Below, in pieces: positions 17,318 to 26,051 of a DNA stretch of 64,000 nt. The notes beneath the pieces are model-generated. The model was given only the letters and a program-made list of their open reading frames with translations, was not told the DNA's origin and searched no databases. The stretch is from a virus, in the IMG/VR virus record IMGVR_UViG_3300032304_001168, one strand, 5' to 3'. Position numbers and translations under genes: made by a program. Within the stretch, counting starts at the first letter, position 1; each line of letters opens with the position of its first letter.

Positions 17318-17403
17318 AACAAGGTGTATAAGAAAGTTTGCTATCAATATTTGTGGTAATTTGAGAGTTCATCTAAGCAAACCTTCTAATACACCCAACC
17401 GTT
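17318..17403. repeat. attC-like site
   Basis: AAC-AA-GGTGTATAAGAAAGTTTGCT...AGCAAACCTTCTAATACACC-CAACC-GTT. Confidence 0.78.
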
Positions 17404-17419
17404 AGCAGTAATATTGTGG

Positions 17420-17659
17420 CTACTTCCCAATTGGTCTATTACAAGTTGCACAGATATAACTACCATTCATTAAATAACATTGAGATTGCTGACAGCCACA
17501 ATACATACTGCTAACATCGGCTATACGCAAGTTTTTTGCTTCCGTTAGTCGGTTAATAACATTGTTTGCCTCTATCAACATTTCAATCAATTTGTCTTTT
17601 TCTATCATTTGATACATCTCTACTTTTTCAGAGTGTGTCATTTCAATTACTTGCATCAT
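17420..17659 (-). CDS. hypothetical protein starting inside an attC-like loop, with a Cys-rich C-terminus
   Basis: reads through the site arm and core as LRIADV-SSMYCGC. Confidence 0.7.
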   Translation of the reverse strand: MMQVIEMTHSEKVEMYQMIEKDKLIEMLIEANNVINRLTEAKNLRIADVSSMYCGCQQSQCYLMNGSYICATCNRPIGK

Positions 17660-17718
17660 ATATTTTAATTTTAGTGTTTCAAATTCGCAAAAAACCTGAC
17701 GTATAGCCGAGAACCGTT
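17513..17718. repeat. attC-like site with a long coding loop
   Basis: AAC-A-TCGGCTATACGCAAGTTTTTTGC...GCAAAAAACCTGACGTATAGCCGA-GAACC-GTT. Confidence 0.72.
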
Positions 17719-17980
17719 ATAGATAATAAGCATCCAACACACTTTCAATATAACCTATTGATATGTGTATTTTAACTAAATCATCATATGTTTTTATACG
17801 TTCAAAAAATTCCTCTTTATTCAACCACTCCACATAGAAACCACCTTCATGTAAATTCATACAATATCCATCATATTCCGTATAAAAACTATCTAACAGC
17901 TTACTATCTATAACATCAGATATATGTAATTTTTCATTACTCTTATCTAAGTTTTGTTCTAAATTTTTATCTTCTTTCAT
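17717..17980 (-). CDS. hypothetical protein starting inside an attC-like loop
   Basis: reads through the site as LHISDV-IDSK; stop TAA lies in the TATAAC core. Confidence 0.7.
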   Translation of the reverse strand: MKEDKNLEQNLDKSNEKLHISDVIDSKLLDSFYTEYDGYCMNLHEGGFYVEWLNKEEFFERIKTYDDLVKIHISIGYIESVLDAYYL

Positions 17981-18023
17981 CTTATTAAATTTTGTGTTAA
18001 AACTACATATATCTGTAACCGTT
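17912..18023. repeat. attC-like site with a coding loop
   Basis: AAC-AT-CAGATATATGTAATTTT...AAAACTACATATATCTG-TAACC-GTT. Confidence 0.75.
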
Positions 18024-18031
18024 ATAAAACA

Positions 18032-18682
18032 TTATAAACGACCACCCCACTCAAATCTAACATATTCAACTTTAAAATCAACATCGTAAATCTCTTTTAG
18101 TAAATTTACAGCATATTGTTCATAACTACAATTCTTATCATATTCTAAACGATGTTGATTATCGTTTACTTCCATTGTCATATGTTCACCTTCGAAACTA
18201 TGACTTTCAATAAATTTGATTTCCATATTTTTAATTTTTCTTCCATCAAATACAACAATCATACTATCTTTTGTACCACTTTGTACTTTACCCTTTGAAT
18301 TTACAGGATAATAAAAATTACCATCATTGTCAACTTTCCCAAATTTAATCCTCCCCCTTACAAATTCAATTTCAGTCGCATTTGGTTTAATATAATCGTG
18401 AAATAACTTTGTGGAGGTGGAAACTGGTATCAAAAATACACAAACTTTTCCCTTCTTCATCTCCTCAATCCCTTTCTTAATAAAGGCCTCCTTTAACTTC
18501 TGACTATATGGGGGATTTATGAAAGTTGACATCCCCCATTCAATATTTAAACCATCAATATCAACATCCTTTTCATTATATGGACAAGGGTCAAAATCAA
18601 ATTTAAACCTCTTATTTAACTCCTCATAAAATTCTGGGGGTGTTGCATAATTATCATCATTATTAATGTGAATCTTTTTCAT
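18032..18682 (-). CDS. phage Dam-like DNA N6-adenine methyltransferase fused in frame to an unrelated about 64-aa C-terminal ORF
   Basis: YATP, FDFDPC, NPPY, FVRGRIKF; after SMIVVFDGRK the frame continues into MEIKFIESHSF... Confidence 0.85.
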   Translation of the reverse strand: MKKIHINNDDNYATPPEFYEELNKRFKFDFDPCPYNEKDVDIDGLNIEWGMSTFINPPYSQKLKEAFIKKGIEEMKKGKVCVFLIPVSTSTKLFHDYIKPNATEIEFVRGRIKFGKVDNDGNFYYPVNSKGKVQSGTKDSMIVVFDGRKIKNMEIKFIESHSFEGEHMTMEVNDNQHRLEYDKNCSYEQYAVNLLKEIYDVDFKVEYVRFEWGGRL

Positions 18683-18906
18683 TAGAACAATTCAAAATCT
18701 TTGTTTATGTGACCACAATCGTCACAACGATATGTTGGGAATGGTACTAATGTGTCCTCCAAACTACCAGTAAATAGTTTTGATACCTTTTTAATCATAA
18801 CCACTTCTTTGAAGTACTTTGAACCACATTCTTCACAAGTAACGGTGGGCTGTTCTTTTAAATCAATCTTTGGTAAACTCTTTTCCGTATTAATTAAATT
18901 ATCCAT
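18682..18906 (-). CDS. Zn-ribbon protein
   Basis: CEECG...CDDCGH. Confidence 0.75.
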   Translation of the reverse strand: MDNLINTEKSLPKIDLKEQPTVTCEECGSKYFKEVVMIKKVSKLFTGSLEDTLVPFPTYRCDDCGHINKDFELF

Positions 18907-19056
18907 TATTTTTCGTTTTTATATATTAGTTTATATGTATTTGGATTTATTCCAATTATTTCTTTGTCTGATACAAATTTAACACCATTATAAACATAAT
19001 GATATTTCTTTGATTTCATCCCAATGTAATTTAATAACTTTTCAATCTTTGTCTTT

Positions 19057-19284
19057 TCACAATTCATTTAAAATTTGTTTTGAATACTCTATATAAAATT
19101 GATTTCCATTTAATACTTCACTTAATCCAGCTTCATTTAATCTTCCATCCTCCCAAGCATCAACTACCATTTTTTCTTCTTTATCCTTCAATTCCAATAT
19201 CTTCAACATAATTTCTTTATGTTCATATCCATCCAATCTTAGTTCTTGGTCAACCCAATTTAATAGTTCTTGTAGTGGTGTCAT
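19057..19284 (-). CDS. hypothetical protein
   Basis: 75-aa ORF, ATGA-coupled to the upstream gene. Confidence 0.65.
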   Translation of the reverse strand: MTPLQELLNWVDQELRLDGYEHKEIMLKILELKDKEEKMVVDAWEDGRLNEAGLSEVLNGNQFYIEYSKQILNEL

Positions 19285-20129
19285 AAATCTAATTTTAAAT
19301 TAAAAACTTGTGCAATTACATTCATAGGGATTCTAAACTCTTCAAATGTCCCATCCTCTTTCAATAATACAATTATTGCCCCAAAAAGTCCAATATTTTC
19401 ATATTTACTTCCAATCAACATTTTAAACAATAATCTCAAATATAATGGTAATTGAACATAATAATGTCCTAAAGCATTGTTGGGTAACTTATTGAAGGGG
19501 TATTTCATCGGTTTTGTAAAATGATTTGATTCAAAGTTCTTAACCTTATTGGTTTTCCAGTCTGTACAAAATATTCCAATTTGATTCTTCTCCTTATTCT
19601 CAATTAACCACATCTTATCTGGTTGTCCCACATAACATAATTCATTATCCCCCAACACCATTTCAGTATCCAATAATACAGCACCTCGTTCTTTCATCAA
19701 TTCCAAACATTTAATCCCACCACTGACCATTCTATCACTCTTTAATATTTGGTCAAAATCACAATCAAAGATTGGTTGTCTGACATCCTTTTTAATATCA
19801 AACATTTTAAGTGATTTTTGTTCCAATAAAAAGTGGGTTCTACTACCTAAGTTAGTTGAATATGTTCCGGCATCAGACCATTCTTTTAACAATTTTTGTT
19901 GCTCATCAATATTACCCTTTGTTTTCTTTAATGCAATTTCTTCAGCTGGAAACTCATCGTAATACTTTTTTATTATTTTTGATACAGAATACCAATCATC
20001 TTTCAATACAGAATTATTATCCAACATTGTGTATTGGTGTTTTTCTTCTTCAAATGTCAATTGTAATTCTTGTTGTCTTTTTTTAACTATTTCTAGTATT
20101 TCATCTCTTACTTTATATAAATCTGTCAT
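19281..20129 (-). CDS. PD-(D/E)XK (RecB/Cas4-like) exonuclease
   Basis: SVSKII, GSRTH, GQPD, DWKTN, YYVQLPLY. Confidence 0.82.
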   Translation of the reverse strand: MTDLYKVRDEILEIVKKRQQELQLTFEEEKHQYTMLDNNSVLKDDWYSVSKIIKKYYDEFPAEEIALKKTKGNIDEQQKLLKEWSDAGTYSTNLGSRTHFLLEQKSLKMFDIKKDVRQPIFDCDFDQILKSDRMVSGGIKCLELMKERGAVLLDTEMVLGDNELCYVGQPDKMWLIENKEKNQIGIFCTDWKTNKVKNFESNHFTKPMKYPFNKLPNNALGHYYVQLPLYLRLLFKMLIGSKYENIGLFGAIIVLLKEDGTFEEFRIPMNVIAQVFNLKLDL

Positions 20130-21037
20130 TTTATTTCAATATAATATTCATTTATTTGTCCCCTCAAATCAGCAATATCCTTATCCAAAGGTAATTTAAC
20201 TATTTTAATTTTTCCATACAAATTCCCGCCATTTAACTCGTGATATAATTTGATTGCATTATCCCAAGCATCACCATCCAAAGCAATTGTTATATTTCCA
20301 TTACACTTTTCATATAAAGTATCAAACAATAATGAACTCATATGTTTTCCCAACATTGGAATACTATTTGGGATGAATATGGAATCAAATGCTCCTTCAA
20401 CTAAGGTAATGTCTTTATTCCAATCAATCAAACTCTCAAAGAAAATGATTTCATCTTTTGGATTTTCAGGGTTTTTATATTTTGCTTTGGTATGTAAATC
20501 CCAACTTCTGGCAATATAGTAATTTAATTTGTTATTTTTATCATAAGATGGAATTATTATTCTACCAGCGTGACTGCCATTATCACAAAAACCAATTCCG
20601 TATCTTTCAATTATTTCATCAGTAATACCCCTATTCATTAAATAATTATGCGCTTGTCTTCTAACTGGGTATATTGATGAGACCTCATTGAACTTCCGAG
20701 TAAAACTCGGTAGTTCAAGTTTGTTTACCTTTTTCTTTTGTATTGGTTTGTTTTCCTCTGGTACTAATACGGAATAAGTTTTAAGGTGGGATTTTTTTCC
20801 ATATTTTTTTATTAACTTGTATAGTGTTCCGTGCATATCACTTGTATCACCACAACTCCAACAATGAAATAAGTGTTGAAAGTAATTTATTTCCAAATTA
20901 CCTTTATGTCTCCCCTCATCGCAGTTTGGGCAATGATGTGCGATTTGGCCCTTAGATTCATAATGTTGTTTTTCATCCCCAAATATATCACGTAGTAATT
21001 CTACGATTATTTCATTATCATCAGACATAATATTCAC
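20126..21037 (-). CDS. DNA primase (Zn-binding and TOPRIM domains)
   Basis: CPNC..HCWSC, YLMNRGI, RIIIP, KYKNP, VEGAFD, LDGD, KDIAD. Confidence 0.9.
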   Translation of the reverse strand: MNIMSDDNEIIVELLRDIFGDEKQHYESKGQIAHHCPNCDEGRHKGNLEINYFQHLFHCWSCGDTSDMHGTLYKLIKKYGKKSHLKTYSVLVPEENKPIQKKKVNKLELPSFTRKFNEVSSIYPVRRQAHNYLMNRGITDEIIERYGIGFCDNGSHAGRIIIPSYDKNNKLNYYIARSWDLHTKAKYKNPENPKDEIIFFESLIDWNKDITLVEGAFDSIFIPNSIPMLGKHMSSLLFDTLYEKCNGNITIALDGDAWDNAIKLYHELNGGNLYGKIKIVKLPLDKDIADLRGQINEYYIEIK

Positions 21038-21052
21038 AAAGTTTTATTACAT

Positions 21053-21081
21053 AATATATTTATTAAAAACAATTTTGTCAA
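21053..21081 (-). promoter_or_regulatory. putative promoter TTGACA-N17-TATATT for the primase operon, overlapping a divergent TATTTAT motif
   Basis: minus strand TTTGACAaaattgtttttaataaaTATATTAT. Confidence 0.6.
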
Positions 21082-21297
21082 ATGCCAACAACAATAACAA
21101 TAAATGGAGTTTCAGGTTCAACACCTTTTGACATTTATCTATGTGATGATCCCTTAACAACTTGTGTATATGTAGATACCATAACTAGTGGTACTTATTC
21201 ATTTGATGTTCCATTAATTATGGATGGTCAATTATCTTATAATCTTAAAGTTGTTGACGATAATGATTGTCAAATAATCTCAAATTTAGTAGTTTAA
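21082..21297 (+). CDS. small virion-associated protein
   Basis: PFDIYLCD..CVYV, similar to 23398-23697. Confidence 0.65.
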   Translation: MPTTITINGVSGSTPFDIYLCDDPLTTCVYVDTITSGTYSFDVPLIMDGQLSYNLKVVDDNDCQIISNLVV

Positions 21298-21300
21298 GAA

Positions 21301-23373
21301 ATGAGTTGTTTTTGTCCATTGGGTTATACCCCAACCATAGATTATGATGATTGTATTAATACCTTAACTGCCGCGACAAGTGGGGGTACATATTTTTATA
21401 CCGCAACAACTGGGAGTCAAAGTGGTTCATTTTGTAATTTAGGTACAATATTTTATGAAGATATAACAAATCTTTCATTCCCAATTACCAATTCAGGAAC
21501 AACAACATCTGCATTCACTCAAAATGGTACATTACTTTTTAATACAGAGTTCTTAGTAGATAATAGTGGAAGGGTTTTAAATATTCAAGCTGGGGGTCAA
21601 GGTGGTGGTTATTCTGGTTGTTTTGGCGGGATATCCCCGTACTATGGTCCACCAAACTTACAAAATTCATTGTGGGGTTCTGGTAGTACAACATCTGGTA
21701 GATTAAATGTTGCAGGTATTTTTGCAACCACTAATCCTAATCCTATTAATGAATGGATTGGTTTTTCATATTGTTTAGACATTCCTATCAAAGGAACTTA
21801 TTTTATTGGATTTGCGGCTGATGATTTAACTAGAATAAAAATAAATGGTGATTTAATATATGAAACATCCACAATAAATTATTGTAATTCAATACCCCAA
21901 ACATTGAATACTAATACTTGGACAATACTCCCATTTGCGTTTAACTCTGGGTTAAATATTGTTGAAATGGAAGGTTTAAACCTTGGGTCTAGTGCCGCAT
22001 TTGCCGCTGAAATATATTCAGGTTCAGTTGCAACACTTAGTGCTTATACCACAACAATACAATTAACTGCAGATACATTATTTAGTACTTTAGATTTTAT
22101 TGGTCAAGATATCCCCTTAACAAGTTCAATAACTGGTGGTACTTCTAATACTGGTTATACTTGTCCAAGTGGTTATACATTATACACTTGTAGTGGAACA
22201 CCATATTGTATTCAAATTGATAGAGTTGGTTTAATTAAATTCTGTATTAGTGATACTGGATTAGGTTATGATGATAATTTTTCGTTATCAGGCACATACA
22301 ATTCAGAACCATATTGGACTGGTGATACTAGCGGTAGATTTATTTATTTAACCTCAAGTGGTTATTGGTGTTTATCAGATTCTTTGGGGGGTACTTGTCT
22401 TTTGGAAGGTGCTTATCCATGCCCATCAACTTGTCCTGATTTATGTGATTCTTATTTCAATGAAGGTATTTGTCCAACACCAACTCCAACACCTACTGTT
22501 AATTGTTCCGTATTAGACTTTAACGCAATTTTTGATTGTGAGGTAACTCCAACACCAAGTATAACACCAACTAACACACCAACGCCAACTGTAACTCCTA
22601 CACCAAGTATTAGTGAACCTTGTGGGGGTAGGGCGGTTAATGTAACAATTACTGGTTATACACCAACACCAACACCGACCCCATCAATAACACCATCAAG
22701 TACACCTCAAATAACAAGACCTTGTAGTGTCTCTGGAAATGTTGTTTTTAATACAGTCCTTGGACTAATTGAATGCCCTAGTAGTAAAAAATTCATTGAT
22801 TGTGAAAATGGTAATTTATATTACGCATCCAATGCTCTTCCTTTACCTTCAGGTGGTACACTATCTCAATTATCAGTTTTCAAAGCTAATGTTGATGGTA
22901 TTTCAAGATGTATAACATATGTTGGTATAGACTTAACAATTAATGGTATGAATATTATTGAATTGGTTGATGGTCCTTTAGATTTTGATGCGGATTGTTC
23001 AGTTTGTGTTCCAAATGTAACTCAAACACCTACACCAACTCCAACACCATCAATTACTCCAACAATTACACCAACTCCAACCGCATCAGCTCTTGTTGGT
23101 TATTATTTATTCCAAAGATGTAACACAAATTCATATGTTATACAAACATTACCTGGTCCTACATCAGTAATTAACCAAGTATTTAGTTTAACTGATTATC
23201 CGTATTCAAATGAATGTTGGAAATATATCTCATATTCAAGTAGTTATCCATCATTACCATTAGGTTCAACATCGTCATTCTTATCAGGTAATAGTTTTCA
23301 AAGTTTGGGTGTTTTTTATTATTCAGATTGTAGTGAATGTATTGCAATAGTTGGGGATTCTGGTGAGTTATAA
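21301..23373 (+). CDS. Cys-rich fibre/virion protein with a PA14-like domain and PT linkers
   Basis: [19 protein letters not shown]; several (PT)n tracts. Confidence 0.7.
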   Translation: MSCFCPLGYTPTIDYDDCINTLTAATSGGTYFYTATTGSQSGSFCNLGTIFYEDITNLSFPITNSGTTTSAFTQNGTLLFNTEFLVDNSGRVLNIQAGGQGGGYSGCFGGISPYYGPPNLQNSLWGSGSTTSGRLNVAGIFATTNPNPINEWIGFSYCLDIPIKGTYFIGFAADDLTRIKINGDLIYETSTINYCNSIPQTLNTNTWTILPFAFNSGLNIVEMEGLNLGSSAAFAAEIYSGSVATLSAYTTTIQLTADTLFSTLDFIGQDIPLTSSITGGTSNTGYTCPSGYTLYTCSGTPYCIQIDRVGLIKFCISDTGLGYDDNFSLSGTYNSEPYWTGDTSGRFIYLTSSGYWCLSDSLGGTCLLEGAYPCPSTCPDLCDSYFNEGICPTPTPTPTVNCSVLDFNAIFDCEVTPTPSITPTNTPTPTVTPTPSISEPCGGRAVNVTITGYTPTPTPTPSITPSSTPQITRPCSVSGNVVFNTVLGLIECPSSKKFIDCENGNLYYASNALPLPSGGTLSQLSVFKANVDGISRCITYVGIDLTINGMNIIELVDGPLDFDADCSVCVPNVTQTPTPTPTPSITPTITPTPTASALVGYYLFQRCNTNSYVIQTLPGPTSVINQVFSLTDYPYSNECWKYISYSSSYPSLPLGSTSSFLSGNSFQSLGVFYYSDCSECIAIVGDSGEL

Positions 23374-23397
23374 TATTTATATTATAATCTAAATTAA

Positions 23398-23697
23398 ATG
23401 AACGCACTTGTTTTTAATAATATTATTGGGTTAAATCAACCATATACCATTTATGTATGTGATGTATTTGGTAATCAATGTATTTTATTAGCTTACATTT
23501 CAACAACTGTTCCCGCAATAAATACAATAACACTCCCACCTCAATTTAATTCAGCTCCAGCAATTGGTGTCAAAGTTATAACAAGTGATGGTTGTGAAAG
23601 ATTTAAGGTTTTATATTGTAGTGAGGATATAAAAACTTTTATGGATTTGGATGATTTCTTTTTTATGGATGGTGTTGGATATTTCTTTATGTCCTAA
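23398..23697 (+). CDS. small virion-associated protein
   Basis: PYTIYVCDVFGNQC...KVITSDGC. Confidence 0.65.
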   Translation: MNALVFNNIIGLNQPYTIYVCDVFGNQCILLAYISTTVPAINTITLPPQFNSAPAIGVKVITSDGCERFKVLYCSEDIKTFMDLDDFFFMDGVGYFFMS

Positions 23698-23719
23698 CTA
23701 TTTATAAATAAAATATTAA

Positions 23720-24703
23720 ATGGCATTTCTTACGGATAGAACTTTAGCAACTGGTGTAACGCCTAATGATTTGATTCATATTGTTGTAACTGGTGATACG
23801 TCTCAGAATCCAGCAGGTTCTTCATTCAAAGCAACAATGGGTCAAGTTTTGGATTTGATTAATCCAACAACGATAACTGGAGGTACTTATAATCCAATAA
23901 CTGGAGATATAACTTTTACCAATTCTTCTGGTGGTACTTTTGTTGTTACGGGACTTGTGACAGGTTATACAAATACCGCAGTAACTGCTTTTACTTATAA
24001 CAATTCAAATTCTTTTACAATATTTGAGAATGATGGTTCAACTTATAGTGCAAGTATTAATGTTGTTACTGGTTTAACTATTAATGGTGATTTAAATGTA
24101 ACTGGAACAACATCATCACAAACTATTTCAGCAACAACATATCAAAACTTACCTACAGATATAAGGGTGACTGGTGGAACTTACTCAAATGGTACTGCGA
24201 CTTTTACAAATAATACTGGAGGTACATTTAATATCACTGGATTCTTTACAAGTGCTAATGACATTAGAGTAACTGGCGCAACATATTCAAATAACACATT
24301 CACATATACAAATAATACAGGTGGAACTTTTAGTGTATTGTTTAACACGATGACTGGTTTAACTATTAATGGTGATTTAAATGTGACTGGAACTATTTTT
24401 TCTACTGGGTCAACCCAATTTATCAGTACTACGGGTATTACCATATCTGCGGTGACTATAAGTACGGGTACAACATACAATGGAATTAACTACGCTGGAA
24501 ATGTTGATTTAACAATACCTTCACCAAGTGGATTTACAGGTCTAAAAATCATAGTTAAAGATGAAAGTGGAAATGCTGGTACTTATAGAATAAGGTTAAC
24601 ACCATCAGTTGGAACAATAGATGGTAGCCCTTACGTTGATATGAACATAAACTATATGTCACTTACATTGGTGGCAAGAAATAATAATTGGTGGATAATA
24701 TAA
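23720..24703 (+). CDS. tail-fibre-like protein with TGGTY..TFTN.TGGTF repeats
   Basis: three TG(G/A)TY repeats and two TGLTINGDLNVTG repeats; C-terminal VKDESGNA...NNWWII. Confidence 0.7.
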   Translation: MAFLTDRTLATGVTPNDLIHIVVTGDTSQNPAGSSFKATMGQVLDLINPTTITGGTYNPITGDITFTNSSGGTFVVTGLVTGYTNTAVTAFTYNNSNSFTIFENDGSTYSASINVVTGLTINGDLNVTGTTSSQTISATTYQNLPTDIRVTGGTYSNGTATFTNNTGGTFNITGFFTSANDIRVTGATYSNNTFTYTNNTGGTFSVLFNTMTGLTINGDLNVTGTIFSTGSTQFISTTGITISAVTISTGTTYNGINYAGNVDLTIPSPSGFTGLKIIVKDESGNAGTYRIRLTPSVGTIDGSPYVDMNINYMSLTLVARNNNWWII

Positions 24704-24704
24704 T

Positions 24705-25928
24705 ATGGCATACATTTTTAACAACTCAATAAAATACTCAAATAGTCCAAACATAGATGCGTTTGGTAGGTTACGTGTTAGTAGTCCATTAACATTGTTT
24801 GACTCAAGTCATAGATACGCTGACAATGGACTATGGTCAACTAGTGCGTCTACAGGTGGTTCGGCAACATTTAATTCAAGTCAAGGTTTAGTAGACTTAG
24901 CTGTAACATCATCATCAGGTTCTCAAGTTATAAGAGAAACTATTAAGGTATTCGCATATCAACCAGGTAAAAGTTTACTTGTGTTAAGTACTTTTGTAAT
25001 GAGTCCCGCCAAGACTAATTTAAGACAAAGGGTCGGATATTACGGAGTAGAAAATGGTTTATATGTTCAACTAAATAATTCTACACTTAGCTTTGTTGAA
25101 AGAAGTTTAGTTACTGGAGTAGTTACTGAATCTGTAGTAAATCAATCATCATGGAATGTTGACACTATGGATGGTAGTGGTCCTTCTGGTATAGTATTAG
25201 ATATTACAAAAGCACAAATATTATTTATGGATATTGAGTGGCTAGGTCTTGGAACAGTTAGATTAGGTTTTGTTATAGATGGTAATTTTTATGTTTGTCA
25301 TAAATTTAATCATGCTAACTTAATAACTTCTACCTATATTACAACTGCTTCTTTACCACTTAGATATGAAATAACAAATACAGGTGCTACAAGTGGAACA
25401 AGTACATTAAAACAAATATGTTCTTCCGTAATATCAGAAGGTGGTTATGAATTAAGAGGTTTACAACAAGCTGTAGGTACACCAATAAATGCTCCTAGAA
25501 CATTAACAACAGCTAATACATATTATCCTATTGTTTCTATAAGACTTAAGTCTACAAGATTAGATGGTATAGCTGTAGCGACAGCTCTCTCTGCAATAGG
25601 CAACACAGCTGCTAATTTTAATTGGCAAGTTGTAGCAGCGGGTACAACAACAGGTGGTTCATGGGTTAGTGCAGGAACAAATTCTTGTATAGAGTATAAT
25701 ATAACAGGAACATCTTTTACAGGAGGTAGAATTATAGCATCAGGTTATTTTACAGCTACATCAAGTACAAGTGTATCTGTAGATATATTAAGAGCTGCAT
25801 TATTATCCACTCAATTAGAAAGAGATGGTTTAACGTCAACACCTTATGAATTTACATTAACTTTAGCATCAGGTACAAATAATGAAAGTGTATTTGGTTC
25901 AATGGACTGGGAGGAAATAAGTAGATAA
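24705..25928 (+). CDS. virion structural protein
   Basis: DAFGRLRVS, YQPGKS, EWLGLGTVRLGF; beta-rich; located in the structural cluster. Confidence 0.65.
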   Translation: MAYIFNNSIKYSNSPNIDAFGRLRVSSPLTLFDSSHRYADNGLWSTSASTGGSATFNSSQGLVDLAVTSSSGSQVIRETIKVFAYQPGKSLLVLSTFVMSPAKTNLRQRVGYYGVENGLYVQLNNSTLSFVERSLVTGVVTESVVNQSSWNVDTMDGSGPSGIVLDITKAQILFMDIEWLGLGTVRLGFVIDGNFYVCHKFNHANLITSTYITTASLPLRYEITNTGATSGTSTLKQICSSVISEGGYELRGLQQAVGTPINAPRTLTTANTYYPIVSIRLKSTRLDGIAVATALSAIGNTAANFNWQVVAAGTTTGGSWVSAGTNSCIEYNITGTSFTGGRIIASGYFTATSSTSVSVDILRAALLSTQLERDGLTSTPYEFTLTLASGTNNESVFGSMDWEEISR

Positions 25929-26051
25929 AAAACTTATATAAAATGTAAAGTTTTTATTTATAGGTAACCCCCTCCAACTTTTAATAGAACTACAGATATT
26001 CTATATTATTTATATAGTCAAATTATTATCTATATTTTTCATAAAAACTTT

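Larger units (their letters stand above)
15213..18023. mobile_element. integron-like gene-cassette array (CALIN-like, array 2), 7 attC-like sites
   Basis: sites at 15421-15466, 15821-15906, 16212-16257, 16522-16606, 17318-17403, 17513-17718 and 17912-18023; each intervening segment has matching GTTA.../...TAAC terminal inverted repeats. Confidence 0.8.

Noticed and set aside
15421-18023. CRISPR array interpretation of the recurring repeats
   Set aside because: Repeats vary in sequence and length (46-206 bp), the intervening segments are 110-720-bp ORF-bearing units, and no cas operon is present. The PD-(D/E)XK nuclease at 19281 is a common phage exonuclease.
15421-18023. Sites as simple intrinsic terminators or MITEs
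   Set aside because: No GC-rich stem plus U-tract, no target-site duplications, and neither explains why arms match across each gene and differ between cassettes.
24055-24400. Diversity-generating retroelement TR/VR pair in the fibre gene
   Set aside because: The ~35-bp repeats are in-frame protein repeats (TGLTINGDLNVTG) without adenine-specific divergence, and no reverse transcriptase is present.
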